Shown here: positions 1-8,022 of the stretch, piece after piece | How positions within the stretch are numbered: position 1 is the first letter of the stretch | How the letters are laid out: every line of letters starts with the position of its first letter | NCBI GenBank assembly: GCA_965216695.1 | Contig: OZ244212.1 | Coordinates: forward strand, 4,128,035 to 4,192,034 | Origin: Candidatus Azotimanducaceae bacterium | GTDB lineage: Bacteria > Pseudomonadota > Gammaproteobacteria > Pseudomonadales > Azotimanducaceae | Reading direction: 5' to 3' | Length of the DNA stretch: 64,000 nucleotides | Notes under the pieces: model-generated | What the model was told of the DNA's origin: nothing | The model's input: only the letters and a program-made list of their open reading frames with translations | Database searches by the model: none | Position numbers and translations under genes: made by a program

Positions 1-306
1 GACGAGGTGTTCAGACGTAGGCTCCCGAGAGTTTGGGTCGTAGGTCTCTCCCGCGGCAATGAACCAACCGTCTGTGCGCTCGAGCAGAAACTGCTGAACC
101 CCGGCGATCGTCGCGGCGTCCGTGATTGTACGCACCGGTTTGGGGCTGCGTGCGCGATAGTGGCCTTCGAAAACCGATAGTGTGTTCGCGTTTGCGGTGC
201 GTAACTGAAGGAAGCCGAGGTTTTCGCAATATGGAATCTGAGCGGTCGGATTGCACCCGGCGCACGCGACGCATACGAGGATCCCAATCGGTTTCAGAAT
301 GAGCAT
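1..306 (-). CDS. putative lipoprotein, N-terminal 102 codons only (C-terminus beyond window edge)
   Basis: The reverse-strand frame from ATG at 306 runs off the window edge, so it is absent from the ORF track. It reads MLILKPIGILVCVACAGCNPTAQIPYCENLG..., a hydrophobic signal peptide plus lipobox (AGC). Confidence 0.5.
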   Translation of the reverse strand, partial: MLILKPIGILVCVACAGCNPTAQIPYCENLGFLQLRTANANTLSVFEGHYRARSPKPVRTITDAATIAGVQQFLLERTDGWFIAAGETYDPNSREPTSEHLV

Positions 307-319
307 GTCGGTATGAGCG

Positions 320-374
320 ATGGGGTCAGATCAAAGGGACAGAGTTTTACTCTGTCCCTTTGATCTGACCCCAT
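320..374. repeat. perfect 25-bp inverted repeat with 5-nt loop (55-nt hairpin/palindrome)
   Basis: ATGGGGTCAGATCAAAGGGACAGAG (320-344), loop TTTTA, CTCTGTCCCTTTGATCTGACCCCAT (350-374). The arms are exact reverse complements. It lies between divergent gene starts at 306 and 460. Confidence 0.9.
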
Positions 375-459
375 TGCTCCCCATCCCTTCCACCGTTGCG
401 ACCCTTTGTGTTGCTGGTGCATCTATAGTGTCCAGGGACAACCATTTTGGAGTTTACGT

Positions 460-1896
460 ATGCGAATTCTACTCGCAATCGGGTTCGCGCTCGCGTGCGC
501 GAATGCCGCTGCCACCGATTCGATACCGCTCAACGCGGTGAATCGTGCGTCTGAGGTTATCGATCGGGCGATTGACGCCCACGGCGGCGCAGCGGCGTTG
601 CAGAACATCACCTCGGCGTATCAGGCGTCGAAATTCACCAACTACGCTACCAACCAGAGCCGCCGCCCGGGTCCGCCATGGGACACGTCCGTTTCGAGCA
701 ATGTCTACGCGGTCGATTTCGAGGGTAGGCGGGCGTTCACGAGTTTCAAGGGGGAGGGCAGTGGGTTCATCACGGACAACGCGACTCTGATTGGAACGGA
801 CGAGAGCTACAACGTCGATCGGCGCCGCGGGACGATCACACCGCTTACGGACCCGAGTTTCGATACCACGATCGGACCGTTCGTTCGGGTGACGCCGCCG
901 CTCCTGATCCGGTCACTCATGCTGCGTCGCCATACCAGCCATTGGTTGGGTGAAGCAGAGGTGAACGGGGCGCCTGCCGACATCGTTACACTGGTCATGG
1001 AAACGGGCCCGGCGCTTTCGCTGTACATCGATCGCAAAAGCGGGCTGCTTGTGAAAGCCGAGCGCGTATTGCCGCCCTTCGGCCAGGTGGAATACCGCTA
1101 CCTCGACTACGCCTCAAACAATGGCATTGCCGTCAATCAGGGATTTGAACTGTTCTCTAATGGCGAGCCGAACCTGGTGATCGACCTGGGCCCGCTCGTG
1201 CTGAACAAGCCCGTCGACAACTACCTGCGGGTTCCCGAGAAGCTTGAACGAACCGAAGCCGCCGCGCCGGATACGCTACAGGCCAGAGAACTCGGCAAAG
1301 GCGTACACCTGATTGGCGGGTCGGGTACCTATGCCCTGTTTGTGGAGGCGAACGATTCTGTCATCGCAATCGGCGGCACCGCAGGCATTCCCGAGCGCAT
1401 TGCGGAGCTTCGTAAGACAGGCAACAACAAACCTATCCGCTTTGGCGTGATGACGCACCACCACGGCGACCATATCCTGGGGGTTGCGCCCTATGTTGAG
1501 GAAGGGGCGACGATCATTGGGCACGCGAGTCATGCCGAAGTGTTCAGAGGCGCAGCCGAGGGCGATATACAACTGCAGACGGTGGAAGACCGGCACCGGA
1601 TCGGTCGGGGCAAGAACCGGGTCGTTCTCTACGACATCGGACCAACGCCGCATTCCGAACACATCCTGGTGGCCTACCTGCCCGGTCACAAGCTGTTGTT
1701 TCAGGCGGATCATTCGGGTGTTCCGTCTACAGGCACCGTAGGCCCGGCTCAGCCTGCTGCTATAGCGCTGAACGACGCGATTGACCGACTGGGGCTCGAT
1801 GTGGACGGCATCATCAGCGCGCACAGCGCGCGCGTGCTGTCCAAAGCCGATCTCGAAGACGCGGTGCGCTTGGCGCGTTCGGTGGCCGGAGGATAA
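460..1896 (+). CDS. secreted MBL-fold metallo-hydrolase
   Basis: An internal ATG at 460 follows a GGAG-like SD and gives the signal peptide MRILLAIGFALACANAAA. The HxHxDH metallo-beta-lactamase motif is present (VMTHHHGDH). Confidence 0.8.
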   Translation: MRILLAIGFALACANAAATDSIPLNAVNRASEVIDRAIDAHGGAAALQNITSAYQASKFTNYATNQSRRPGPPWDTSVSSNVYAVDFEGRRAFTSFKGEGSGFITDNATLIGTDESYNVDRRRGTITPLTDPSFDTTIGPFVRVTPPLLIRSLMLRRHTSHWLGEAEVNGAPADIVTLVMETGPALSLYIDRKSGLLVKAERVLPPFGQVEYRYLDYASNNGIAVNQGFELFSNGEPNLVIDLGPLVLNKPVDNYLRVPEKLERTEAAAPDTLQARELGKGVHLIGGSGTYALFVEANDSVIAIGGTAGIPERIAELRKTGNNKPIRFGVMTHHHGDHILGVAPYVEEGATIIGHASHAEVFRGAAEGDIQLQTVEDRHRIGRGKNRVVLYDIGPTPHSEHILVAYLPGHKLLFQADHSGVPSTGTVGPAQPAAIALNDAIDRLGLDVDGIISAHSARVLSKADLEDAVRLARSVAGG

Positions 1897-1909
1897 CCGG
1901 TACCGATCG

Positions 1910-1939
1910 GGCGGCACCCTGTGACTCGCAGGTGCCGCC
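1910..1939 (+). terminator. possible stem-loop terminator after the MBL-fold gene
   Basis: GGCGGCACC (1910-1918) pairs with GGTGCCGCC (1931-1939) across a 12-nt loop. Only a weak T-containing tail (CCATTCTT) follows. Confidence 0.3.
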
Positions 1940-2011
1940 GCCATTCTTGACAACCCCGAACGCGGCTGCACTACTGTGTCCGTTACAGAGGCGGTGTTTG
2001 CGGAGTATCCC

Positions 2012-3031
2012 ATGTCGATTTCGGAGGCGATGAAGGCAGCCGTGTTCCACGGGGCGAAAGACGTGCGGTTCGAACACGTGGACCGACCCAAACCAGTAGA
2101 CGGTGAAGTGCTGATCCGGGTGCGCGCGTGCGGGATCTGCGGCTCGGATCTGCATACCTATCGCGAAGGGCTTTTCACCGACCTGGGTTTGCCGACGAAT
2201 GCCGGTCGCATTCTCGGCCACGAGTTCGCAGGTGAGGTGGTGGAAATTGCGGGTCAGGTAGATGGTATCGGCGTTGGCGATCGTGTCACCGTGCCGGGGC
2301 TTGGTGCCAACGCGGAGTATGTGAAGATTCCCGCGGCGGCGGCGGGGTTTCTGCAACGGCTCGATGATTCGGTGAGTTTTGCCGAGGCCGCAACCACGGA
2401 ACCGCTCGCAACGTCGTTACACGCGGCCAACCTTGCCGATGTGGCCGACGACGAATGTGTTGTGATCATGGGTGCGGGCATCATTGGGCTTGGCATTCTG
2501 CAATGCCTGAAAGCGCGATGTGCGGCACGAACCATCGTAGTGGACCTGTCTGAAAAGCGGCTCGCCCTGGCTAAGGAACTCGGCGCGGACGAAACGGTGA
2601 ATGCGCGCGATGGGGGTGTCGAAAAGCAATTGATGTCACGCACCGGCCAGGCGGACCAGTTACTGGACGCACCGGAAGGTATTGCGGACGTCGTGTTTGA
2701 TTGCGTTGGGGCGACGCGAACGTCCAAGGGCGTAAGCGTGCTCGAACAGGCGCTTGCGATGGTGCGACCTAACGGCAAGGTGATCGTTGTTGCCGTGTTC
2801 GAGCGGCCGCTTGAGATCGATCCCAACGTCATCGTCCGCAAAGGTGTGCGTCTGCTTGGCTCGTGGGCGTGGGTCCCGCACGAATTCGTGGACGCGCTCT
2901 CATTGATCAGCTCTGGAGAAATCGACCGCAAACCTCTGATCAGTCATGAATTTTCTTTAGAGCAAGCAGCGGAAGCCTATGCCACGCAGGCGAGTGTGGA
3001 TACCGCGATCAAGGTGATGCTGGTGCCCTAG
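2012..3031 (+). CDS. zinc-dependent alcohol dehydrogenase (MDR family, sorbitol/threonine dehydrogenase-like)
   Basis: Motifs CGICGSDLH, GHEFAGEV and GAGIIGLG (Rossmann GxGxxG). ATG 2012 follows GGAG. ATG 2030 (MKAAVFHG) is an alternative start, and the track start at 1976 is a GTG. Confidence 0.85.
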   Translation: MSISEAMKAAVFHGAKDVRFEHVDRPKPVDGEVLIRVRACGICGSDLHTYREGLFTDLGLPTNAGRILGHEFAGEVVEIAGQVDGIGVGDRVTVPGLGANAEYVKIPAAAAGFLQRLDDSVSFAEAATTEPLATSLHAANLADVADDECVVIMGAGIIGLGILQCLKARCAARTIVVDLSEKRLALAKELGADETVNARDGGVEKQLMSRTGQADQLLDAPEGIADVVFDCVGATRTSKGVSVLEQALAMVRPNGKVIVVAVFERPLEIDPNVIVRKGVRLLGSWAWVPHEFVDALSLISSGEIDRKPLISHEFSLEQAAEAYATQASVDTAIKVMLVP

Positions 3032-3102
3032 CGGGGCCGAGTCGTGCTGGCGGCGGCGTTCGGGCGGTTGCTACACTCGAATGCGAAACGGGAGGTGTTC
3101 TC

Positions 3103-4794
3103 ATGCACGATCTGGTGATTCGTAACGCAACCATCGTAGATGGCACGGGCGGAGAGCAGCGCAGCGGCGACGTGGTGGTAGACGCCGGAAAGATTACCGC
3201 CGTCGGCGCACCGGGAACGGCGCCGTCCCGCGCGGGCCGGGTCGTCGAAGCGAATGGCGATCTCCTGACGCCGGGGTTCGTGGACATTCACACGCATTAC
3301 GACGGTCAGGTCTGCTGGGACAAGGAAGTAACACCAAGCAGTTGGCACGGTGTTACCACCGTGGTGATGGGCAACTGCGGCGTGGGTTTCGCGCCGGTAA
3401 AACCCGGCACGGAAGACGAGCTGGTCGCGTTGATGGAAAGCGTCGAAGACATCCCCGGTACTGCCCTGCACGAAGGGTTGCCGTGGGGATGGGAGACGTT
3501 TTCCGAATACCTCGATGCCATCGATACGGCCTACGCGGTGGATGTTGGTACACAGGTTCCCCATGTGGCGATCCGCCACTACGTGATGGGTGAGCGATGC
3601 TACGAAGACGCGACGCCGGATGACCTCGTCGCCATGCAGGCCATCACCCGCGACGCATTGCGCGCGGGGGCACTGGGTTTCACAACGTCGCGATTTTACG
3701 GGCACGTCGACCGTTCGGGGCGGCTGGTTCCCGGCACGCGGGCATCGGGCGAGGAGATGCGCGCGCTGGCAGGGGCCTTCAAGGACCTGGGCCACGGCAC
3801 GATGGAGTTCGTTTCGGACAGCTTAAACGATGCCGAGGAGTTGGCGTGGATCGAGCGAATTACGCGCGATATAGGCTGTACGGTTACGCCCCTCGCGGGA
3901 CCGGGTGCCAGAAATCTCTGGTCGCTCGCGGAGGCGCTGAATGCGGAAGGGCTGCAATTGCGCCCGCAGGTTGGCGCGCGTCCGGCCTCCATCCTGATGA
4001 CGCTAGACGGCACAATCAATCCGATGCGGCAGTTTCCGGCTTACCGCGAGATTCATGGTTTACCGCTGAGGGACCGCATTGCACAACTGCGCAACCCGAC
4101 CTTCCGGCAACGCGTGCTCACCGAAGCGCCGATCCTGCCGGCAAACGCGGATGCATCGAAGTTCATCACCGATCACGAGCAGATGTTTGTGATGGACGCG
4201 GCGCTCAGCTACGAACCGGGGCCGCACGATTCGGTTGGGGCGATTGCGCGCGCACGCGGGGTCGATCCTCGGGAAGTGATGATGGATACGCTCGCCGATG
4301 GCATCCCGTTGCTGGTGCTCTTTGGCGGCTACCCGGGAGATCTCGAAGCCCAGCGCCGCGCGATCGAGCACCCGAACAGCGTATTCGGGCTGTCGGACGG
4401 GGGCGCTCATTGCGGTGTACTCGTAGATGCCAGCGTACCGACGTACATGCTCAGTTATTTTTCGCGGGACCGAACCCGCGGTCCCCGGATGCAACTCGAG
4501 TTTGTGGTACACAAACTCACCCAGGATGCGGCGCAGGTATACGGTCTGCGCGACCGTGGGGTGATCGCACCCGGGTATCGGGCCGACTTCAATCTGATCG
4601 ACTACGACGCACTGCAGCTTCAGCCGCCCGAGATGGTGTATGACCTACCGGCTGGCGGTAAACGGTTGGTGCAAAGGGCTGCGGGTTATCGCGCGACCCT
4701 ACAATCGGGCGAAGTAACGTATCAGGACGGCGAACACACCGGCGCTCTACCAGGGCGGCTGCTCCGCGGTGCGCAATCAGCGCCGGTGGCGTAA
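3103..4794 (+). CDS. N-acyl-D-amino-acid deacylase (D-aminoacylase) family amidohydrolase
   Basis: N-terminus DLVIRNATIVDGTG...GKITAVG...TPGFVDIHTHYDGQ and C-terminal GLSDGGAHCG are typical of this family. A GGGAGG SD lies upstream. Confidence 0.8.
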   Translation: MHDLVIRNATIVDGTGGEQRSGDVVVDAGKITAVGAPGTAPSRAGRVVEANGDLLTPGFVDIHTHYDGQVCWDKEVTPSSWHGVTTVVMGNCGVGFAPVKPGTEDELVALMESVEDIPGTALHEGLPWGWETFSEYLDAIDTAYAVDVGTQVPHVAIRHYVMGERCYEDATPDDLVAMQAITRDALRAGALGFTTSRFYGHVDRSGRLVPGTRASGEEMRALAGAFKDLGHGTMEFVSDSLNDAEELAWIERITRDIGCTVTPLAGPGARNLWSLAEALNAEGLQLRPQVGARPASILMTLDGTINPMRQFPAYREIHGLPLRDRIAQLRNPTFRQRVLTEAPILPANADASKFITDHEQMFVMDAALSYEPGPHDSVGAIARARGVDPREVMMDTLADGIPLLVLFGGYPGDLEAQRRAIEHPNSVFGLSDGGAHCGVLVDASVPTYMLSYFSRDRTRGPRMQLEFVVHKLTQDAAQVYGLRDRGVIAPGYRADFNLIDYDALQLQPPEMVYDLPAGGKRLVQRAAGYRATLQSGEVTYQDGEHTGALPGRLLRGAQSAPVA

Positions 4795-4838
4795 GCGGCG
4801 TAGGTGGCGCAGGCGAAAGCCGCAGTGGAGACGACACG

Positions 4839-5978
4839 ATGACCAAGGTGCAACCGTTCGTGGTCGATATGGACTCGCACGTGATGGAGCCGCCGGATCT
4901 CTGGCTGAACTATCTGGAACCGAAATACCGCGATCGCGCGATTCGCATCGACCGCAATGACGACGGCGCGGAGACCCTGTTGGTGGATGGCAAAGTACTG
5001 CTCGAAGGCAGGCTCGCCGCGCTCGGGGGCGCCGAGCACGATGCGGTTCGGACGTTCACGGACCCGGCACTCACGTACCTGGATGGCTGTCCCAAAGCGT
5101 CCTACGACACGGACGCGCGTGTGAAGCTCCTCGACGACTGGGGCGTGGATATGGGCCTCGTCTTCCCGACGATCGGTATTCTTTGGGACAAAGAAGACGA
5201 CCCGGAACTTGCGATGGCGTATGCCCGCGCGTACAACAACTGGCAATGGGACTTTGCGAGTCCGGCGCTTGATCGCATTCTGCCTGTGGCGCATGTGCCG
5301 CTCTACGATGTGGACCTCGCGTATACAGAGCTGAAGCGCTGCCTGAACCTCGGGTTTAAAGGCATGTTTCTGGCGCCCGAACCGGTGGGCGGCAAACGCC
5401 CCTCGCACCCGGATTTCGACCCAATCTGGCAACTTCTCACAGACGCGGATCTGCCGGCGTGCGTGCATCTGATCGTCCGGTTCGATCGGGTCGTCAATCT
5501 GTCGAATACGGCTTGGTGGGACGTGCGGAAAGAGCGGCCGGATACGGTGTTCTCATTTGCGTTGGGCGGCACCATGCAGTTGATACCTGCGGTGGCGGCA
5601 CTGGTGTGTGATGGTCTTTTTGAACGCCACCCGCATCTGAAGATTGCGATTGTCGAATCGGGCGCGGGTTATGTCCGTTACCTGATGGATCGGCTCGACG
5701 AGAAGTACGCGCGTTTCAAAGCCACCAGCTGTCTGTCGCGGCCGCCGAGTGAATATATTCGCGAGAACTTCTGGTTCGTAATGGATCCAAGCGAAGAGAG
5801 CATTGACGCCCAGTGTGACCTCGTTGGCGAAGACAGGTTTCTGTGGGGCTCGGACTATCCGCACGTCGATTCCCACATCGATGCAATGCGGGAAGTGCGC
5901 ACGGCGCTCGCACCCATGTCCGAACACCGGCGCAATCTGGTGTTGGGCGGTAACGCACGGCGGTTGTTCCGTCTATAG
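4839..5978 (+). CDS. amidohydrolase-2 family protein (ACMSD-like metal-dependent hydrolase/decarboxylase)
   Basis: VVDMDSHVMEPPDLW at the N-terminus and LWGSDYPHVD near the C-terminus. Confidence 0.8.
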   Translation: MTKVQPFVVDMDSHVMEPPDLWLNYLEPKYRDRAIRIDRNDDGAETLLVDGKVLLEGRLAALGGAEHDAVRTFTDPALTYLDGCPKASYDTDARVKLLDDWGVDMGLVFPTIGILWDKEDDPELAMAYARAYNNWQWDFASPALDRILPVAHVPLYDVDLAYTELKRCLNLGFKGMFLAPEPVGGKRPSHPDFDPIWQLLTDADLPACVHLIVRFDRVVNLSNTAWWDVRKERPDTVFSFALGGTMQLIPAVAALVCDGLFERHPHLKIAIVESGAGYVRYLMDRLDEKYARFKATSCLSRPPSEYIRENFWFVMDPSEESIDAQCDLVGEDRFLWGSDYPHVDSHIDAMREVRTALAPMSEHRRNLVLGGNARRLFRL

Positions 5979-6053
5979 CGGGCCGTAACGGTGGTTGGGA
6001 GTCTGCGCCACACTCGCAATGGCGTCCCACTTCCGCCACAATCGTCAGGCAAG

Positions 6054-6113
6054 ATAATTGCGTTAGAGATGATTGCATTAGAGATAATTGCGTTAGAGAT
6101 AACTGCTCTAGTG
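6054..6113 (+). repeat. 4 x 15-bp AT-rich tandem direct repeat upstream of a secreted-protein gene
   Basis: The units are ATAATTGCGTTAGAG, ATGATTGCATTAGAG, ATAATTGCGTTAGAG and ATAACTGCTCTAGTG. Units 1 and 3 are identical. Confidence 0.85.
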
Positions 6114-6195
6114 AAAGTGGAACGCATCAGCAGTTGCGTTTCAGGGGGGGAATCGTATGGAGTGGATCAATGAGTGGAAAAACATGGAGGGTGTG

Positions 6196-7965
6196 ATGGA
6201 TATCAGAGAGATTCGCGTGATGGGTATTTCAGCGTTGTTCGCCGTCGGGGCGGCGTTTGCAGACCCCGGTAAAACGCAGCCCTACGAGGTGTGGGGTGCT
6301 GATCAGTCCAATTCGGTTGCGGGCGCGCCGGCCCGGGGTACGCAGGGCAGTCTGATCTGGGTGTGGCGCAGCGAGGATGTGCACGCGCAGGTCAGTAACG
6401 GGTTACCTGCGGAGCCGCTGGGGTGCGACGGTACCAACACACCGGGTCAGGGACCCTGCAACCTATTCGACGTGTTTCCCGGCACGCTTGCAGAGCATGA
6501 CGTAAACGGAGCTACCGGGAACGCACTGGGTGACTACGACTACGGGCGCTTGCACGGTGCGTTGGCCGACCCGCAGAACCGGTACATGAACGTCAACCTG
6601 TTCGGTCCGGGCAACGGTTTTGTCGGGATCATCGACGGTGTTACCAAAGAGGCAGTTGCATTGTTTCGTGTGACCGGCACGACATCGGGTCAACGGGTGC
6701 ATATGTCCTTCTGGAACAGCGACGGCAGCGCGCTGTTGGTTGCAAACCTGAACGGCAAGGTGCTGGAGCGCATCGATGTTACCCGCGATGATCTGGGTCG
6801 CATTACCGATGCGGTTTTCAATACGCAGGCAGGCCTAGGGGTAGGCAAAGGCCTGGCGGTTACCGCCAGCGCAAAGGTTTATCGTGGACTGAACGCGCAC
6901 GGCAATCCGATGATTGGATCCGTTGCGGGCAACTACGAAGATACCGATCTGGGTGATCTTACGCCGGCCGGCAAGTGTCGTGAAAACGGTTGTGCCAGCG
7001 GCCCGGACGGAGCGTCGGGCGGGCGTGCAAACAACGTGATTATCTGTCCGATCGTCTCCGACAACGACCACGCGTACATTACGTTCGGTGGCGGTGGGTT
7101 GCTGGTAGCGGATACGCGCACGACACCGATGCGAATCGTCGGCGAATACGGACAGCAGGTGATCAACGGCGCGGGTTGCGGCGGTGTACAGGTGGGCGAG
7201 CAGATGTGGCTGAATGCAGGTGTCTCGGCGGCCGGTGCCGGGAACGTTCAATCCACATTTACGATCTACACGTTGAACGATCTGGCGTTCGCGAGTATTC
7301 AAGGGGAGAACCATCCGATGCCCATGGAGGTGTATTCAGACGACGATCCGGATGACGGCAACGCGGCAAACACCGCAACGATCGGGAACGCCAGCGGCGT
7401 GGCGGAGCCCAATCTCACGGGACAGTTGCCGGGGGTCACTACCCGCCGGGACAGCCACGGAATGGCAAGCACCATCAGCGGCGGCCATGTCCACACAGTG
7501 GATCGCCTCCAGAATGTGGTAGAGGTGATCGACACTCATACCCTGCACCGGACGACGTACGACCTGACTTCGGCCAATGGTAAGGGCCAGGGCGCAGGCG
7601 CCTGCGATGCAGCATCCGTGACATACGAAGACGGCGCAACGGGTGATGTCAATTTGCCAGCTAATGATCCGGCGCCCGATCTGATGGAGAGTACGCCCGA
7701 TGGCAAGTACATGGCGGTCGCGCTCCGCGGGCCGATACCGGTATCGGTGACACATTCTGCACAGGGCAGTTGTCCAGGCGTTGGCATCATCCGGGTACTG
7801 GCCGGTGGCAAGCGCGGTAAATTGGCCACGGTACTGCGCACGACCAACGTCGTAGACGACACGCCTGTCAGCGCGCCGGGGGGCCATGCGTATACGGGCG
7901 CAGAACACAGCGACGTACACGGCGCGTCGGTGCGAACGCGTGTGGAGGACGTCGACGACCGCTGA
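6196..7965 (+). CDS. secreted hypothetical protein, probably beta-propeller-like
   Basis: ATG 6196 lies 5 nt after GGAGG and gives the signal peptide MDIREIRVMGISALFAVGAAFA|D. The sequence is Gly/Asn/Thr-rich and repetitive with no catalytic motif I recognise. Confidence 0.6.
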   Translation: MDIREIRVMGISALFAVGAAFADPGKTQPYEVWGADQSNSVAGAPARGTQGSLIWVWRSEDVHAQVSNGLPAEPLGCDGTNTPGQGPCNLFDVFPGTLAEHDVNGATGNALGDYDYGRLHGALADPQNRYMNVNLFGPGNGFVGIIDGVTKEAVALFRVTGTTSGQRVHMSFWNSDGSALLVANLNGKVLERIDVTRDDLGRITDAVFNTQAGLGVGKGLAVTASAKVYRGLNAHGNPMIGSVAGNYEDTDLGDLTPAGKCRENGCASGPDGASGGRANNVIICPIVSDNDHAYITFGGGGLLVADTRTTPMRIVGEYGQQVINGAGCGGVQVGEQMWLNAGVSAAGAGNVQSTFTIYTLNDLAFASIQGENHPMPMEVYSDDDPDDGNAANTATIGNASGVAEPNLTGQLPGVTTRRDSHGMASTISGGHVHTVDRLQNVVEVIDTHTLHRTTYDLTSANGKGQGAGACDAASVTYEDGATGDVNLPANDPAPDLMESTPDGKYMAVALRGPIPVSVTHSAQGSCPGVGIIRVLAGGKRGKLATVLRTTNVVDDTPVSAPGGHAYTGAEHSDVHGASVRTRVEDVDDR

Positions 7966-7988
7966 CGACAACTCAACTGGGAAGCATA

Positions 7989-8022
7989 GGCGGTGCGCGG
8001 TTACCTACCGTAAAGCACCGCC
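7989..8022. terminator. possible bidirectional hairpin between convergent genes
   Basis: GGCGGTGC (7989-7996) pairs with GCACCGCC (8015-8022) and is followed by TTTGA. It overlaps the stop of the minus-strand gene, and the 18-nt loop is long. Confidence 0.25.

Noticed and set aside
11-274. 87-aa ORF from the track at the left edge
   Set aside because: Its translation is Arg-rich and low-complexity, typical of an off-frame read in GC-rich DNA. Another frame on the same strand gives a clean signal-peptide/lipobox protein starting at 306.
1276-2091. 271-aa minus-strand ORF, and similar long antisense ORFs (3028-3795, 4722-5468, 17491-18291, 20241-20786, 45242-46060, 50601-52010, 57346-58068)
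   Set aside because: All lie antisense to genes with strong family motifs, are rich in Arg/Ala/Gly/His, and have no recognisable motifs or SD. They are shadow ORFs expected at this GC content.
460-5978. MBL hydrolase / ADH / D-aminoacylase / amidohydrolase cluster as a novel system
   Set aside because: All four are common catabolic enzyme families arranged co-directionally, with nothing unusual beyond substrate uncertainty. I treat it as ordinary accessory metabolism.
6054-6113. CRISPR-like array
   Set aside because: The units are contiguous 15-mers with no spacers, far shorter than CRISPR repeats, and no cas genes are in the window.
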